A stretch of DNA of 64,000 nucleotides, taken from contig JAZKHT010000004.1 of NCBI GenBank assembly GCA_040385245.1, positions 173,233 to 237,232 on the forward strand. The letters are read 5' to 3'. The stretch is from Pseudomonadota bacterium. Lineage in GTDB: Bacteria; Pseudomonadota; Alphaproteobacteria; Rhodobacterales; Rhodobacteraceae. Each line of letters begins with the position of its first letter. Position 1 is the stretch's first letter. Below the pieces are notes generated by a model. That model worked only from the letters and a program-made list of their open reading frames with translations, was not told the DNA's origin and did not search any database. Both the position numbers and the translations under genes were made by a program. Shown here piece by piece: positions 55,619-63,934 of this stretch.

Positions 55619-57205
55619 ATGAACGAACAACTGAACTATCTTGTGTCGCGTGCCGTAGCGGGCGCGATGTCGCGCCGCGAATTTGTGGGCCGCGCAGGGG
55701 CGTTGGGCATCACCGCAGCGACGGCGTCCACGCTGTTTGCTTCAGCTGCGCGCGCGCAAGAGCCGAAAAAGGGCGGTTTGCTGCGCGCGGGTATGGCGGG
55801 GGGCGAAAGCACCAACTCGCTTGATCCGGCGCTGGCAGCATCAGAGGTGCCGTTCGCGGTCAACATGACCTGGGGTGAAATGCTGGTCGATGTGAACGCA
55901 CAGGGCGAGATTGATTACCGGATTGCCGAAGAAATCTCGTCCTCGGCCGATGCGAAGGAATGGAAATTCAAGATCCGCGCCGGTGTGGAATTCCACAACG
56001 GCAAGACCGTGACTGCCGAAGACGTTGTGCAGACGTTGAAGCGGCATACGGACGAAAAATCGCAGTCGGGCGCGTTGGGCATCGTGCAGGGCATCGCGGA
56101 CATGAAAGCCGAAGGCGACATGGTCACGCTGACGCTGGCATCGGCCAACGCCGACCTGCCGTTCCTGATGGGCGACTATCACCTGATCATTCAGCCGAAC
56201 GGCGGGTTCGATAACCCGGCCGAGGCGGTGGGTGCGGGCCCTTACAAGGTTGTCGTACATGAACCGGGCGTCCGCCACGGCTTCGAAAAACATGCCAACT
56301 ATTTCGACAGCACGATCGGTCACGCCGATCAGGTCGAAATCATCGTGATCAACGACAACACTGCCCGGACGGCGGCGCTGCAATCCGGTCAGGTCCATAT
56401 GATCAACCGGCTTGACCCCAAGATCATCGAGCTGCTGAAGAACGCCCCTGGCGTGCAGATCAAGTCGGTGGCAGGTCGTGGTCACTATGTGTTCATCATG
56501 CATGTGGACAAGGCACCGTTTGACAACAACGATCTGCGGATGGCGCTGAAGTATGCGATCAACCGGCAGGAAATGGTGGACAAGATCCTGGGTGGCTATG
56601 GCACCGTCGGGAACGACTTCCCGATCAACACCGCCTATCCGCTGTTTGACGACACCATCCCGCAGCGCGAATACGACCCCGTCAAGGCCGCCGAACACTA
56701 CAAGGCCTCCGGTCACGATGGATCGCCGATCGTTCTGCGCACCGCTGCCGGTGCCTTCCCGGGTGCTGTCGAGGCGGCGCAACTGTTCCAGCAATCGGCC
56801 GCCGCAGCGGGCATCCCGCTGGAAATCAAGCGCGAGCCGGATGACGGTTATTGGTCTGACGTGTGGAACGTGCAGCCCTTCTGCGCCAGCTATTGGGGCG
56901 GGCGTCCGGTGCAGGACCAGATGTATTCGACGGCCTATCTGTCGACCGCAGACTGGAACGACACCAAGTTCAAGAACCCCGAGTTTGATGCGACCCTGAT
57001 CGCAGCACGGGCGGAACTGGACCCGGAAAAGCGCAAGGCCATGTATTCCGAACTGGCCCACACCCTGCGCGACGAGGGCGGTCTTATCCTGCCGATGTTC
57101 AACGACTTTGTCGAAGCCATCCGCGACGACATTCAGGGCTGGGAGGAAGACCCGAACGGCGAGCTGATGAATGGTCGCGCCTTGGCCAAGTGCTGGCTGG
57201 CCTGA
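55619..57205 (+). CDS. ABC transporter substrate-binding protein, family 5 (peptide/opine/nickel type), Tat signal
   Basis: Start MNEQLNYLVSRAVAGAMSRREFVGRAGALGITAATAS (AGGGAGA SD; SRREFV twin-arginine motif). Confidence 0.9.
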   Translation: MNEQLNYLVSRAVAGAMSRREFVGRAGALGITAATASTLFASAARAQEPKKGGLLRAGMAGGESTNSLDPALAASEVPFAVNMTWGEMLVDVNAQGEIDYRIAEEISSSADAKEWKFKIRAGVEFHNGKTVTAEDVVQTLKRHTDEKSQSGALGIVQGIADMKAEGDMVTLTLASANADLPFLMGDYHLIIQPNGGFDNPAEAVGAGPYKVVVHEPGVRHGFEKHANYFDSTIGHADQVEIIVINDNTARTAALQSGQVHMINRLDPKIIELLKNAPGVQIKSVAGRGHYVFIMHVDKAPFDNNDLRMALKYAINRQEMVDKILGGYGTVGNDFPINTAYPLFDDTIPQREYDPVKAAEHYKASGHDGSPIVLRTAAGAFPGAVEAAQLFQQSAAAAGIPLEIKREPDDGYWSDVWNVQPFCASYWGGRPVQDQMYSTAYLSTADWNDTKFKNPEFDATLIAARAELDPEKRKAMYSELAHTLRDEGGLILPMFNDFVEAIRDDIQGWEEDPNGELMNGRALAKCWLA

Positions 57206-57217
57206 GGCTGACGGCCG

Positions 57218-58177
57218 GTGGGACATCCCGTTGTAATCTTGGTTGCCCAGCGCATTGCGCTGGGCCTCCTGCTGCTGTTGGCGGTGTCGGTGCTGATCTT
57301 TGTCGGCACCCAACTGCTGCCCGGCGACGTGGCGCAGGCCATCCTTGGCCAATCGGCCACCCCTGAATCGCTGGCCAACCTGCGCGAGCAGTTGGGCCTG
57401 AACGAACCTGCGCTGACGCGCTATTTCAGTTGGCTTGGCGGGATTTTGCAGGGCGACCTTGGGGTTGCGCTGACCAACGGGCAAGACATCGCCACGGCGA
57501 TGGGGCAGCGGTTGGGGAACACCATGTTCCTTGCCTTCTGGGCCGCGATCATATCGGTGCCGCTGGCAATCCTGCTGGGGTTGATTGCGGCGCGCTATGC
57601 CGGGCGCTGGCCCGACAAGGTGATTTCCGGCGTTACGCTGACAACGATATCGCTGCCGGAATTCGTGGTGGGCTACATCGTTCTGTATTTCATCGCCGTG
57701 CGCTGGCAATTGTTGCCGTCGATGTCGATGGTGTTTCCCGGCATGGGGGTGTTTGAGCGCCTGCATGCCGTGCTTTTGCCGGTGATCGTTCTGGTGATGG
57801 TGGTGCTGGCGCATATGATGCGGATGACGCGCGCGGCGATCCTGAACGTGATGCAATCTGCCTATATCGAGACGGCGGAACTGAAGGGGCTGACCCCGTT
57901 CAACGTGATCTGGAAGCACGCTTTTCCCAATGCCATCGCGCCGGTGGTGAATGTGGTCATGCTGAACCTTGCCTATCTTGTGGTCGGCGTGGTCGTGGTC
58001 GAGGTGGTCTTTGTCTATCCCGGCATGGGCCAGTATCTGGTGGACCATGTCGCCAAACGGGACGTGCCGGTTGTGCAGGCCTGCGGGCTGGTGTTCGCCG
58101 CTGTCTATATCGGGCTGAACATTCTGGCCGACGTCATCTCCATCCTTGCCAACCCCAGACTGAGGCACCCGAAATGA
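57218..58177 (+). CDS. ABC transporter permease (DppB/OppB-like)
   Basis: 319 aa. GTG start, with an alternative TTG a few codons in. Confidence 0.85.
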   Translation: MGHPVVILVAQRIALGLLLLLAVSVLIFVGTQLLPGDVAQAILGQSATPESLANLREQLGLNEPALTRYFSWLGGILQGDLGVALTNGQDIATAMGQRLGNTMFLAFWAAIISVPLAILLGLIAARYAGRWPDKVISGVTLTTISLPEFVVGYIVLYFIAVRWQLLPSMSMVFPGMGVFERLHAVLLPVIVLVMVVLAHMMRMTRAAILNVMQSAYIETAELKGLTPFNVIWKHAFPNAIAPVVNVVMLNLAYLVVGVVVVEVVFVYPGMGQYLVDHVAKRDVPVVQACGLVFAAVYIGLNILADVISILANPRLRHPK

Positions 58178-58992
58178 GACGGATCCCGATTTCCGCCCTG
58201 ATCGGCATGGTGCTGACGGGGGCGTTCTTTGCCTGCGCGATTTTTGCCGACCTTATCGCCCCTTACAACATGGCCGAAATCGTCGGCGGGGTGTGGGACC
58301 CGATGTCGGACAAGCACTGGCTGGGCACCGATGCCATTGGCCGCGATCTGTTAAGTCGGATGATCTATGGCGCGCAGACAACGATCTGGGTCGCCACGAT
58401 GGCCACGATCCTCAGCTTTTCGCTGGGTTCGGTGCTTGGGTTCCTGGCGGCCACGGTGGGGGGCTGGGTCGATCAGGCGCTGTCGCGCTTTGTCGATCTG
58501 ATCATGGCGATCCCGTCGCTGATCTTGGCGCTGGTGATCCTGTCGGTGATGCCGGTCACCCTGACGGTGTTGATCATGGTGATGGGCCTGCTGGATGCAA
58601 CGCGGGTCTACCGCCTGAGCCGCGCGGTGGCGGTGGACATAACCGTGATGGACTATGTCGAGGCGGCCCGCCTGCGCGGCGAAGGGCAATCCTGGATCAT
58701 CTTTCACGAAATCCTGCCCAACGCCCTGTCGCCCCTGGTGGCGGAACTTGGTCTGCGGTTCATCTTTGCGGTGCTGTTCATCTCGACCCTGTCGTTCCTT
58801 GGGCTGGGGGTGCAGCCGCCGCTGGCGGACTGGGGTGGACTGGTCAAGGAAAACTCGGCCGGGTTGGTCTATGGCATTCCGGCGGCGCTGATCCCGGCGA
58901 TGGCGATCGCGCTGCTGGCGATCAGCGTGAACCTTGTCGCAGACTGGATTCTGGGGCGGACGACCAGCCTGAAAGGGGGCCGTGGTGCCTGA
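58174..58992 (+). CDS. ABC transporter permease (DppC/OppC-like)
   Basis: 272 aa. ATGA overlap with the upstream permease. Confidence 0.85.
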   Translation: MRRIPISALIGMVLTGAFFACAIFADLIAPYNMAEIVGGVWDPMSDKHWLGTDAIGRDLLSRMIYGAQTTIWVATMATILSFSLGSVLGFLAATVGGWVDQALSRFVDLIMAIPSLILALVILSVMPVTLTVLIMVMGLLDATRVYRLSRAVAVDITVMDYVEAARLRGEGQSWIIFHEILPNALSPLVAELGLRFIFAVLFISTLSFLGLGVQPPLADWGGLVKENSAGLVYGIPAALIPAMAIALLAISVNLVADWILGRTTSLKGGRGA

Positions 58993-60616
58993 TCTGCTTG
59001 AGATAAAGAACCTGCGGATCGAGGCGACGGCCTATCCACCGGGCGAACCGCCGCGTGATGTGGTGCTGGTGGATGACGTGTCGGTGTCGGTGGCCCAAGG
59101 CAAGGTTCTGGGGCTGATCGGGGAATCCGGCGCAGGCAAATCGACCATCGGGCTGTCCGCCATGGCCTATGGTCGGGGCGGGGTGCGTCTGACCGGCGGG
59201 CAGGTCATGCTGAACGGGCGCGATCTGCTGAAACAAGGCGCGTCTTCCCTGCGCGGCCTGCGCGGGCGCGAGGTGACCTATGTCGCGCAGTCGGCAGCTG
59301 CGGCGTTCAACCCCGCCAAGCGGTTGATGGAGCAGGTGATCGAGACCACGCTGTTGCACGGCCTGATGACCCGGGATCAGGCCGAGACGCGCGCCGTGGG
59401 GCTGTTTCGCACCTTGGGGCTGCCAAACCCGGAAACCTTTGGTTTGCGCTATCCGCATCAGGTGTCGGGCGGGCAGTTGCAGCGCGCGATGACGGCGATG
59501 GCGCTGTGTCCCAAGCCAGATCTGGTGATCTTTGACGAACCCACCACGGCGCTGGATGTGACGACGCAGATCGACGTGTTGGCCGCGATCAAGGATGCCA
59601 TTCGTGATACCGGGGTCGCCGCCCTGTACATCACCCACGACCTGGCGGTGGTGGCGCAAGTGGCCGACGACATCCTCGTGCTGCGCGGCGGCAAAAAGGT
59701 GGAATACGGCACCACGCGCCAGATCATCACCGACCCGCAGCAACCCTATACACAGGCGCTGGTGTCGGTCCGATCGATTGATCACGAAGAAAAGAAAGAA
59801 GCGCCGTCTGTCCTGTCGGTGGCGCAGGTGACCGCGCGGTATCGCGGAACGACCTTTGATGTGCTGAAGAATGTCACCGTCGATCTGCCTGCGGGGCAGA
59901 CTCTGGCGGTGGTGGGGGAAAGCGGATCGGGCAAATCGACGCTGGCGCGCGTGATCACCGGCCTGCTGCCCGCATCGGCGGGGCGCATCACATTTGCCGG
60001 GCGGACCCTGTCGCCAGCGCTGTCGTCACGCACCAAGGACGATCTGCGCGAGTTGCAGATGATCTATCAGATGGCCGACACCGCGATGAACCCGCGCCAG
60101 ACGGTCGGCACCATAATTGGCCGCCCGCTTGAGTTCTATTTCGGTCTGCGGGGTGACGCAAAGCGCCGCCGTGTGCAGGATCTGCTGGACCAGATCGAGA
60201 TGGGCACGGGCTATCTTGACCGCTATCCGGCGGAACTGTCGGGTGGGCAAAAGCAGCGTGTCTGCATCGCCCGCGCGCTGGCGGCCAAGCCAAAGCTGAT
60301 CATCTGTGACGAGGTGACATCCGCGCTTGATCCGCTGGTGGCGGATGGAATCCTGAAGCTGTTGCTGAATTTGCAGGCGCAGGAAGGGGTGGCTTATCTG
60401 TTCATCACCCACGATCTTGCCACCGTGCGCGCCATCGCCGACCGGATCGCCGTGATGTACCGGGGCGAGGTTGTGCGCTACGGCACGAAATCCGACGTCC
60501 TGGCGCCGCCGTTCGACAATTACACAGACCTGTTGCTGTCGTCGGTGCCAGAGATGCGTCTGGGCTGGCTGGAAGAGGTGTTGGCGCATCGCAAGATGGA
60601 AAGTGCGGGAAACTGA
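58982..60616 (+). CDS. ABC transporter ATP-binding protein, fused double ATPase (DppD/DppF-like)
   Basis: 544 aa. Walker A GESGAGKST and GESGSGKST. Signatures VSGGQLQR and LSGGQKQR. Confidence 0.9.
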   Translation: MVPDLLEIKNLRIEATAYPPGEPPRDVVLVDDVSVSVAQGKVLGLIGESGAGKSTIGLSAMAYGRGGVRLTGGQVMLNGRDLLKQGASSLRGLRGREVTYVAQSAAAAFNPAKRLMEQVIETTLLHGLMTRDQAETRAVGLFRTLGLPNPETFGLRYPHQVSGGQLQRAMTAMALCPKPDLVIFDEPTTALDVTTQIDVLAAIKDAIRDTGVAALYITHDLAVVAQVADDILVLRGGKKVEYGTTRQIITDPQQPYTQALVSVRSIDHEEKKEAPSVLSVAQVTARYRGTTFDVLKNVTVDLPAGQTLAVVGESGSGKSTLARVITGLLPASAGRITFAGRTLSPALSSRTKDDLRELQMIYQMADTAMNPRQTVGTIIGRPLEFYFGLRGDAKRRRVQDLLDQIEMGTGYLDRYPAELSGGQKQRVCIARALAAKPKLIICDEVTSALDPLVADGILKLLLNLQAQEGVAYLFITHDLATVRAIADRIAVMYRGEVVRYGTKSDVLAPPFDNYTDLLLSSVPEMRLGWLEEVLAHRKMESAGN

Positions 60617-60618
60617 CG

Positions 60619-61455
60619 ATGGCACGAAAGCTGCTGCTGATCATTCTGGATGGCGTTCCTTATGCCAATTGGCGACGTCTGTTCGGCAATCTGGAAGGTT
60701 GGGTGCAATCGGGCGAGGCGCGGGTGTGGAAGATGCGCGCGGTGCTGCCGTCGACATCGGCCAGTTGCTATGCGTCCATCCACACCGGTCTGCCGCCGCA
60801 GGTGCATCGGGTGTGGGGCAACGAATACGTCCGTCGGCTTGAGTTTCCGGACGTTTTCTCGGAATTGTCCAAGGCGGGGCGCAAAACCGCTGCGGTGGCC
60901 CACTCGTTCTGGTCGGAATTCTTCAATCGCGCGCCGTTCGATGTGGTGCGGGATATCGAGTATGACGAACCCGAAAGCCCGATCACGCATGGCCGTTTTC
61001 ACACGATGACGGGATACGGCAACGTCAATCAGATGACGCCGTCGGACGTCGATCTGTTCGGCACCCTGACCCGCCTGTGCGAGGTGAAGGGGATCGATTA
61101 CGGAATGCTGCACACCTGCACATTGGACAGCATGGGGCACCGTTTCTATCACGACTCCGAAGAGATGGACCACGCCTGCTATGTGATGGATGCAATGCTG
61201 GCCCCTTGGGTGCATCGCTGGCGCGACCAAGGGTTTGAGGTGATCGTGACCGCCGATCACGGGCAGGACGCGCGTGGCCATCACGGCGGGACGGGCGAAT
61301 TGCAGCAGGACTTTGCGTTCTACTACTTCGGCGACAGCGACATGCCTGCCTCAGACGTGGTGTTGGACCAACTGGCGCTGGCCCCGTCGATCCTGACGCG
61401 GTTGGGCGTGCCGGTGCCTGCCACGATGAAGGCCGCGCCGTTCTTCACGGCCTGA
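60619..61455 (+). CDS. alkaline-phosphatase-superfamily protein (type I phosphodiesterase/nucleotide pyrophosphatase family)
   Basis: 278 aa. ...LLIILDGVPY..., ...PSTSASCYASIHTG..., ...DSMGH..., ...TADHGQDARGHHGG... metal-ligand pattern. Starts 2 nt after the ATPase stop. Confidence 0.75.
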   Translation: MARKLLLIILDGVPYANWRRLFGNLEGWVQSGEARVWKMRAVLPSTSASCYASIHTGLPPQVHRVWGNEYVRRLEFPDVFSELSKAGRKTAAVAHSFWSEFFNRAPFDVVRDIEYDEPESPITHGRFHTMTGYGNVNQMTPSDVDLFGTLTRLCEVKGIDYGMLHTCTLDSMGHRFYHDSEEMDHACYVMDAMLAPWVHRWRDQGFEVIVTADHGQDARGHHGGTGELQQDFAFYYFGDSDMPASDVVLDQLALAPSILTRLGVPVPATMKAAPFFTA

Positions 61456-61473
61456 GGGTAGGTGCGGCGCAAA

Positions 61474-61514
61474 AGTTTTCGAAAACTATTGCCAAATTCC
61501 TTTGAAGGAATTTG
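61474..61514. repeat. two adjacent AT-rich perfect palindromes
   Basis: 61474-61487 AGTTTTCGAAAACT (14 bp perfect). 61493-61514 CAAATTCCTT-TG-AAGGAATTTG (10-bp arms). In the 74-bp convergent gap. Confidence 0.85.
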
Positions 61515-61529
61515 CCTTTCGGGTCTGCA

Positions 61530-62279
61530 TCAGTTTGCGTAATCGGCGTGGTTGTTGTCCAGCAATGCCTTGATTTCCCGCAGGTGGGCATCGGCAAAGC
61601 CGGGGTATGCCTCCCATTCCTGCGCGGTCTTTTCGGCCACGGCATCGGGCAAGACGCGCAGCGGGCGGCCGGTTTGCAGGGCGCGGATATACGTCTCGGC
61701 GGCGCGTTCGAAATAATACAGACGGTTGAACGTCTCGGCCACAGTGCGGCCAATCACCAGCACGCCGTGGTTGCCCATCACCATGACGGTGGTCTTTGGG
61801 TCCGCCAGCAGGGTGGCACAGCGCGATCCCTCTTCCTCGAACGCCATGCCGCCGTAGTGGTCATCCACCACCAACCGGTCGTGGAACATGGCAGAGTTCT
61901 GGTCGATTGCGGGAAGGCGGCTGTCGGCAAGGCTGGCAAGAACCGTGGCATGGATGGAATGGACGTGCATCACACAGCGCGCATGGGGCAAGGCGCGGTG
62001 GATGGCCCCATGCAGACCCCAGGCGGTAGGGTCGGGGGCATCGGGTCGGTCCATCGTTGAGGGATCGTTCGCGTCAATCTCGATCAGGCTGGATGCGGTG
62101 ATGCGCGCAAAATGCCGCCCGTTCGGGTTGATCAGAAAGCGGGTGCCTTCGGGGTTCACCGCAAGGCTGAAGTGGTTCGCCACCGCCTCGTGCATGTTCA
62201 GATGCGCGGTCCAGCGAAAGGCGGCGGCCATGTCGATGCGGTCGGCCCAGTGTGTCAGATTGGCAAGGGGGGCGGTCAT
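61530..62279 (-). CDS. class II aldolase/adducin family protein
   Basis: ATG 62279 (MTAPLANLTHW...) overlaps the esterase stop (ATGA). ...CVMHVHSIHATVLAS.... Confidence 0.8.
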   Translation of the reverse strand: MTAPLANLTHWADRIDMAAAFRWTAHLNMHEAVANHFSLAVNPEGTRFLINPNGRHFARITASSLIEIDANDPSTMDRPDAPDPTAWGLHGAIHRALPHARCVMHVHSIHATVLASLADSRLPAIDQNSAMFHDRLVVDDHYGGMAFEEEGSRCATLLADPKTTVMVMGNHGVLVIGRTVAETFNRLYYFERAAETYIRALQTGRPLRVLPDAVAEKTAQEWEAYPGFADAHLREIKALLDNNHADYAN

Positions 62280-63217
62280 GGCGTGTCCTTGTAGGGCCAC
62301 TCGCCGCTGGCGAGCGCGGTCAGAGCGGCGGTGATGCGGGCAAAACTGTCGGCAGCGCGGGGCACGGATACGCGCGCGCGCAAATAGCCGTGGACAAGGC
62401 CCGCTTCGGTCACGGCATGTGCGCGCCCACCTGCCGCACGGATGGCGCGGGCATAGGTTTGTGCGTCATCGGCCAGCGGGTCACATTCGGCGGCAAAAGC
62501 GACGGTGGGGGGAACTTGGGTGAAATCCCTGTCTTGCAGTGGCGCGCTGGTGGGGTCGCCCTTGGGCGTAGGTCCGGCATGGCGGATGTCGTGATAGTAC
62601 AGAACATCGTCGCGCGTTAGCATCGGGGCGTGGGCGTGGGTCAGATAGCTGCCCGCATCCGTATCGCCGCCCAGGCTCGGATAGATCAGCACCTGTCCCA
62701 CGATCCCCAGCGCACCGCCGCGCCCGATTGCGTGCACGGTTGCCGCCGCCAGATTGCCACCTGCGGAGTCCCCCGCCAGCAGGACCGGTCCGGGAAATGC
62801 GGCGGCCACGGCTTGCGTTGCGGCAATGGCGTCGTCAAACGCGGCGGGGTGGGGGTGTTCAGGCGACAGGCGATAATCGACGCTGACGACGGTAAAGCCG
62901 GTCGCGGCGCAAAGCTCGGCGCAGACATCGTCATGGCTGTGCAATCCGCCGACGACAAACCCGCCGCCGTGGAAATAGACCACCACGGCCCCGACACCCG
63001 CATACAGGCGGCAGGGCACGCCGCCAAAATTGCGGTCCTGCGCCATGATGCCGGCGGGATACCCGCGATCGAACGCCCGGCACATCCGGTCATAGATCGC
63101 GCGCTGGTCGCGGATCGTCAGATTGGCGGTGTTGGGGGGATAGGCCGCTTCGGTTGCGCGGATGAAGGCCCAGGTGGGGGCGTCAATAAGCTGGGTGTAA
63201 TCAGGGGGCGCTTGCAT
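62276..63217 (-). CDS. alpha/beta hydrolase, hormone-sensitive-lipase-like esterase
   Basis: 313 aa. HGGGF oxyanion motif and GDSAGG nucleophile elbow. Confidence 0.85.
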   Translation of the reverse strand: MQAPPDYTQLIDAPTWAFIRATEAAYPPNTANLTIRDQRAIYDRMCRAFDRGYPAGIMAQDRNFGGVPCRLYAGVGAVVVYFHGGGFVVGGLHSHDDVCAELCAATGFTVVSVDYRLSPEHPHPAAFDDAIAATQAVAAAFPGPVLLAGDSAGGNLAAATVHAIGRGGALGIVGQVLIYPSLGGDTDAGSYLTHAHAPMLTRDDVLYYHDIRHAGPTPKGDPTSAPLQDRDFTQVPPTVAFAAECDPLADDAQTYARAIRAAGGRAHAVTEAGLVHGYLRARVSVPRAADSFARITAALTALASGEWPYKDTP

Positions 63218-63283
63218 GGGCCAAGTGTGCGGCGGGATGATCCATCAGGCTGCGCCGATGCGACGGTTCGGCGTCGTTTTCGC

Positions 63284-63319
63284 ACAAAAAACGGGGCGAA
63301 TCCAAAGGATGCGCCCCGT
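63284..63319 (-). terminator. rho-independent terminator after cspA
   Basis: Minus strand: ACGGGGCG...(ATCC/GGAT inner pairing)...CGCCCCGT followed by TTTTTTG. Confidence 0.85.
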
Positions 63320-63336
63320 TCGCGGTAGATCACGCC

Positions 63337-63543
63337 TTAGGCGAGGGCGAGGTTGGTCGCCGACTCGCGCCCGTCGCGGCCCGATTCGATGTCGAAGGTG
63401 ACCGGCTGGCCGTCCTTCAGCGAACGCAGGCCCGCACGTTCCAGCGCGGTGATGTGTACGAACACGTCTTTCTTGCCGCCTTCCGGGGCAATGAAGCCGT
63501 AACCCTTGGTTTCATTGAACCATTTCACGGTGCCCTTAGCCAT
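63337..63543 (-). CDS. cspA: cold-shock protein (CspA family)
   Basis: 68 aa. MAKGTVKWFNETKGYGFIAPEGGKKDVFVHITAL (RNP1/RNP2 motifs). Confidence 0.95.
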   Translation of the reverse strand: MAKGTVKWFNETKGYGFIAPEGGKKDVFVHITALERAGLRSLKDGQPVTFDIESGRDGRESATNLALA

Positions 63544-63666
63544 CGTGAACTCTCCTGTCTTAACTGCCGCCCGCGGAAGTGCGGCGGCCCGGCTCAGTCA
63601 GCGCAAGTCGAATAGCTGTGCCGAAAGTCGGTGGACAGAAGTCGATAGTGATAACGTCGCAACGGG

Positions 63667-63695
63667 AAATATGGCAAAGCCGCCAAAAAAATCAA
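63667..63695 (-). promoter_or_regulatory. candidate sigma-70 promoter of cspA (TTGATT-N17-ATATTT)
   Basis: Read on the minus strand. Would give a 5' UTR of about 120 nt, as is usual for csp genes. Confidence 0.35.
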
Positions 63696-63790
63696 GAAAA
63701 AATGGCAATGGTGTGGGGCGGCGCAGGGCACGCCTCATTTCGGGCACCTGTCCGCCGCGCGTACCGGCCGTGCGCGCGGCGGGGGGGCGT

Positions 63791-63868
63791 TCAGAAGACG
63801 TCGAGGAAGTAAAGGATGATGATGATCGGGATCGGGATGCCGATCAGCCAGGCTGCAAGGCCTTTCAT
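63791..63868 (-). CDS. 25-aa hydrophobic micro-protein MKGLAAWLIGIPIPIIIILYFLDVF
   Basis: My translation. AGGAGA SD 5 nt before the ATG. Single TM-like segment. Below the ORF-track length cut-off. Confidence 0.5.
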   Translation of the reverse strand: MKGLAAWLIGIPIPIIIILYFLDVF

Positions 63869-63934
63869 GGGTCTCTCCTACTCTTGTGTCTCCAGGACAA
63901 ACGCAGCGGAGGGGAGGGGGTTCCGGGGGCGCAG

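Noticed and set aside
55841-58168. 775-aa minus-strand ORF, the longest non-annotated frame
   Set aside because: Antisense to the SBP and permease genes. Its extreme His/Arg/Gln/Asp content gives no domain-like pattern.
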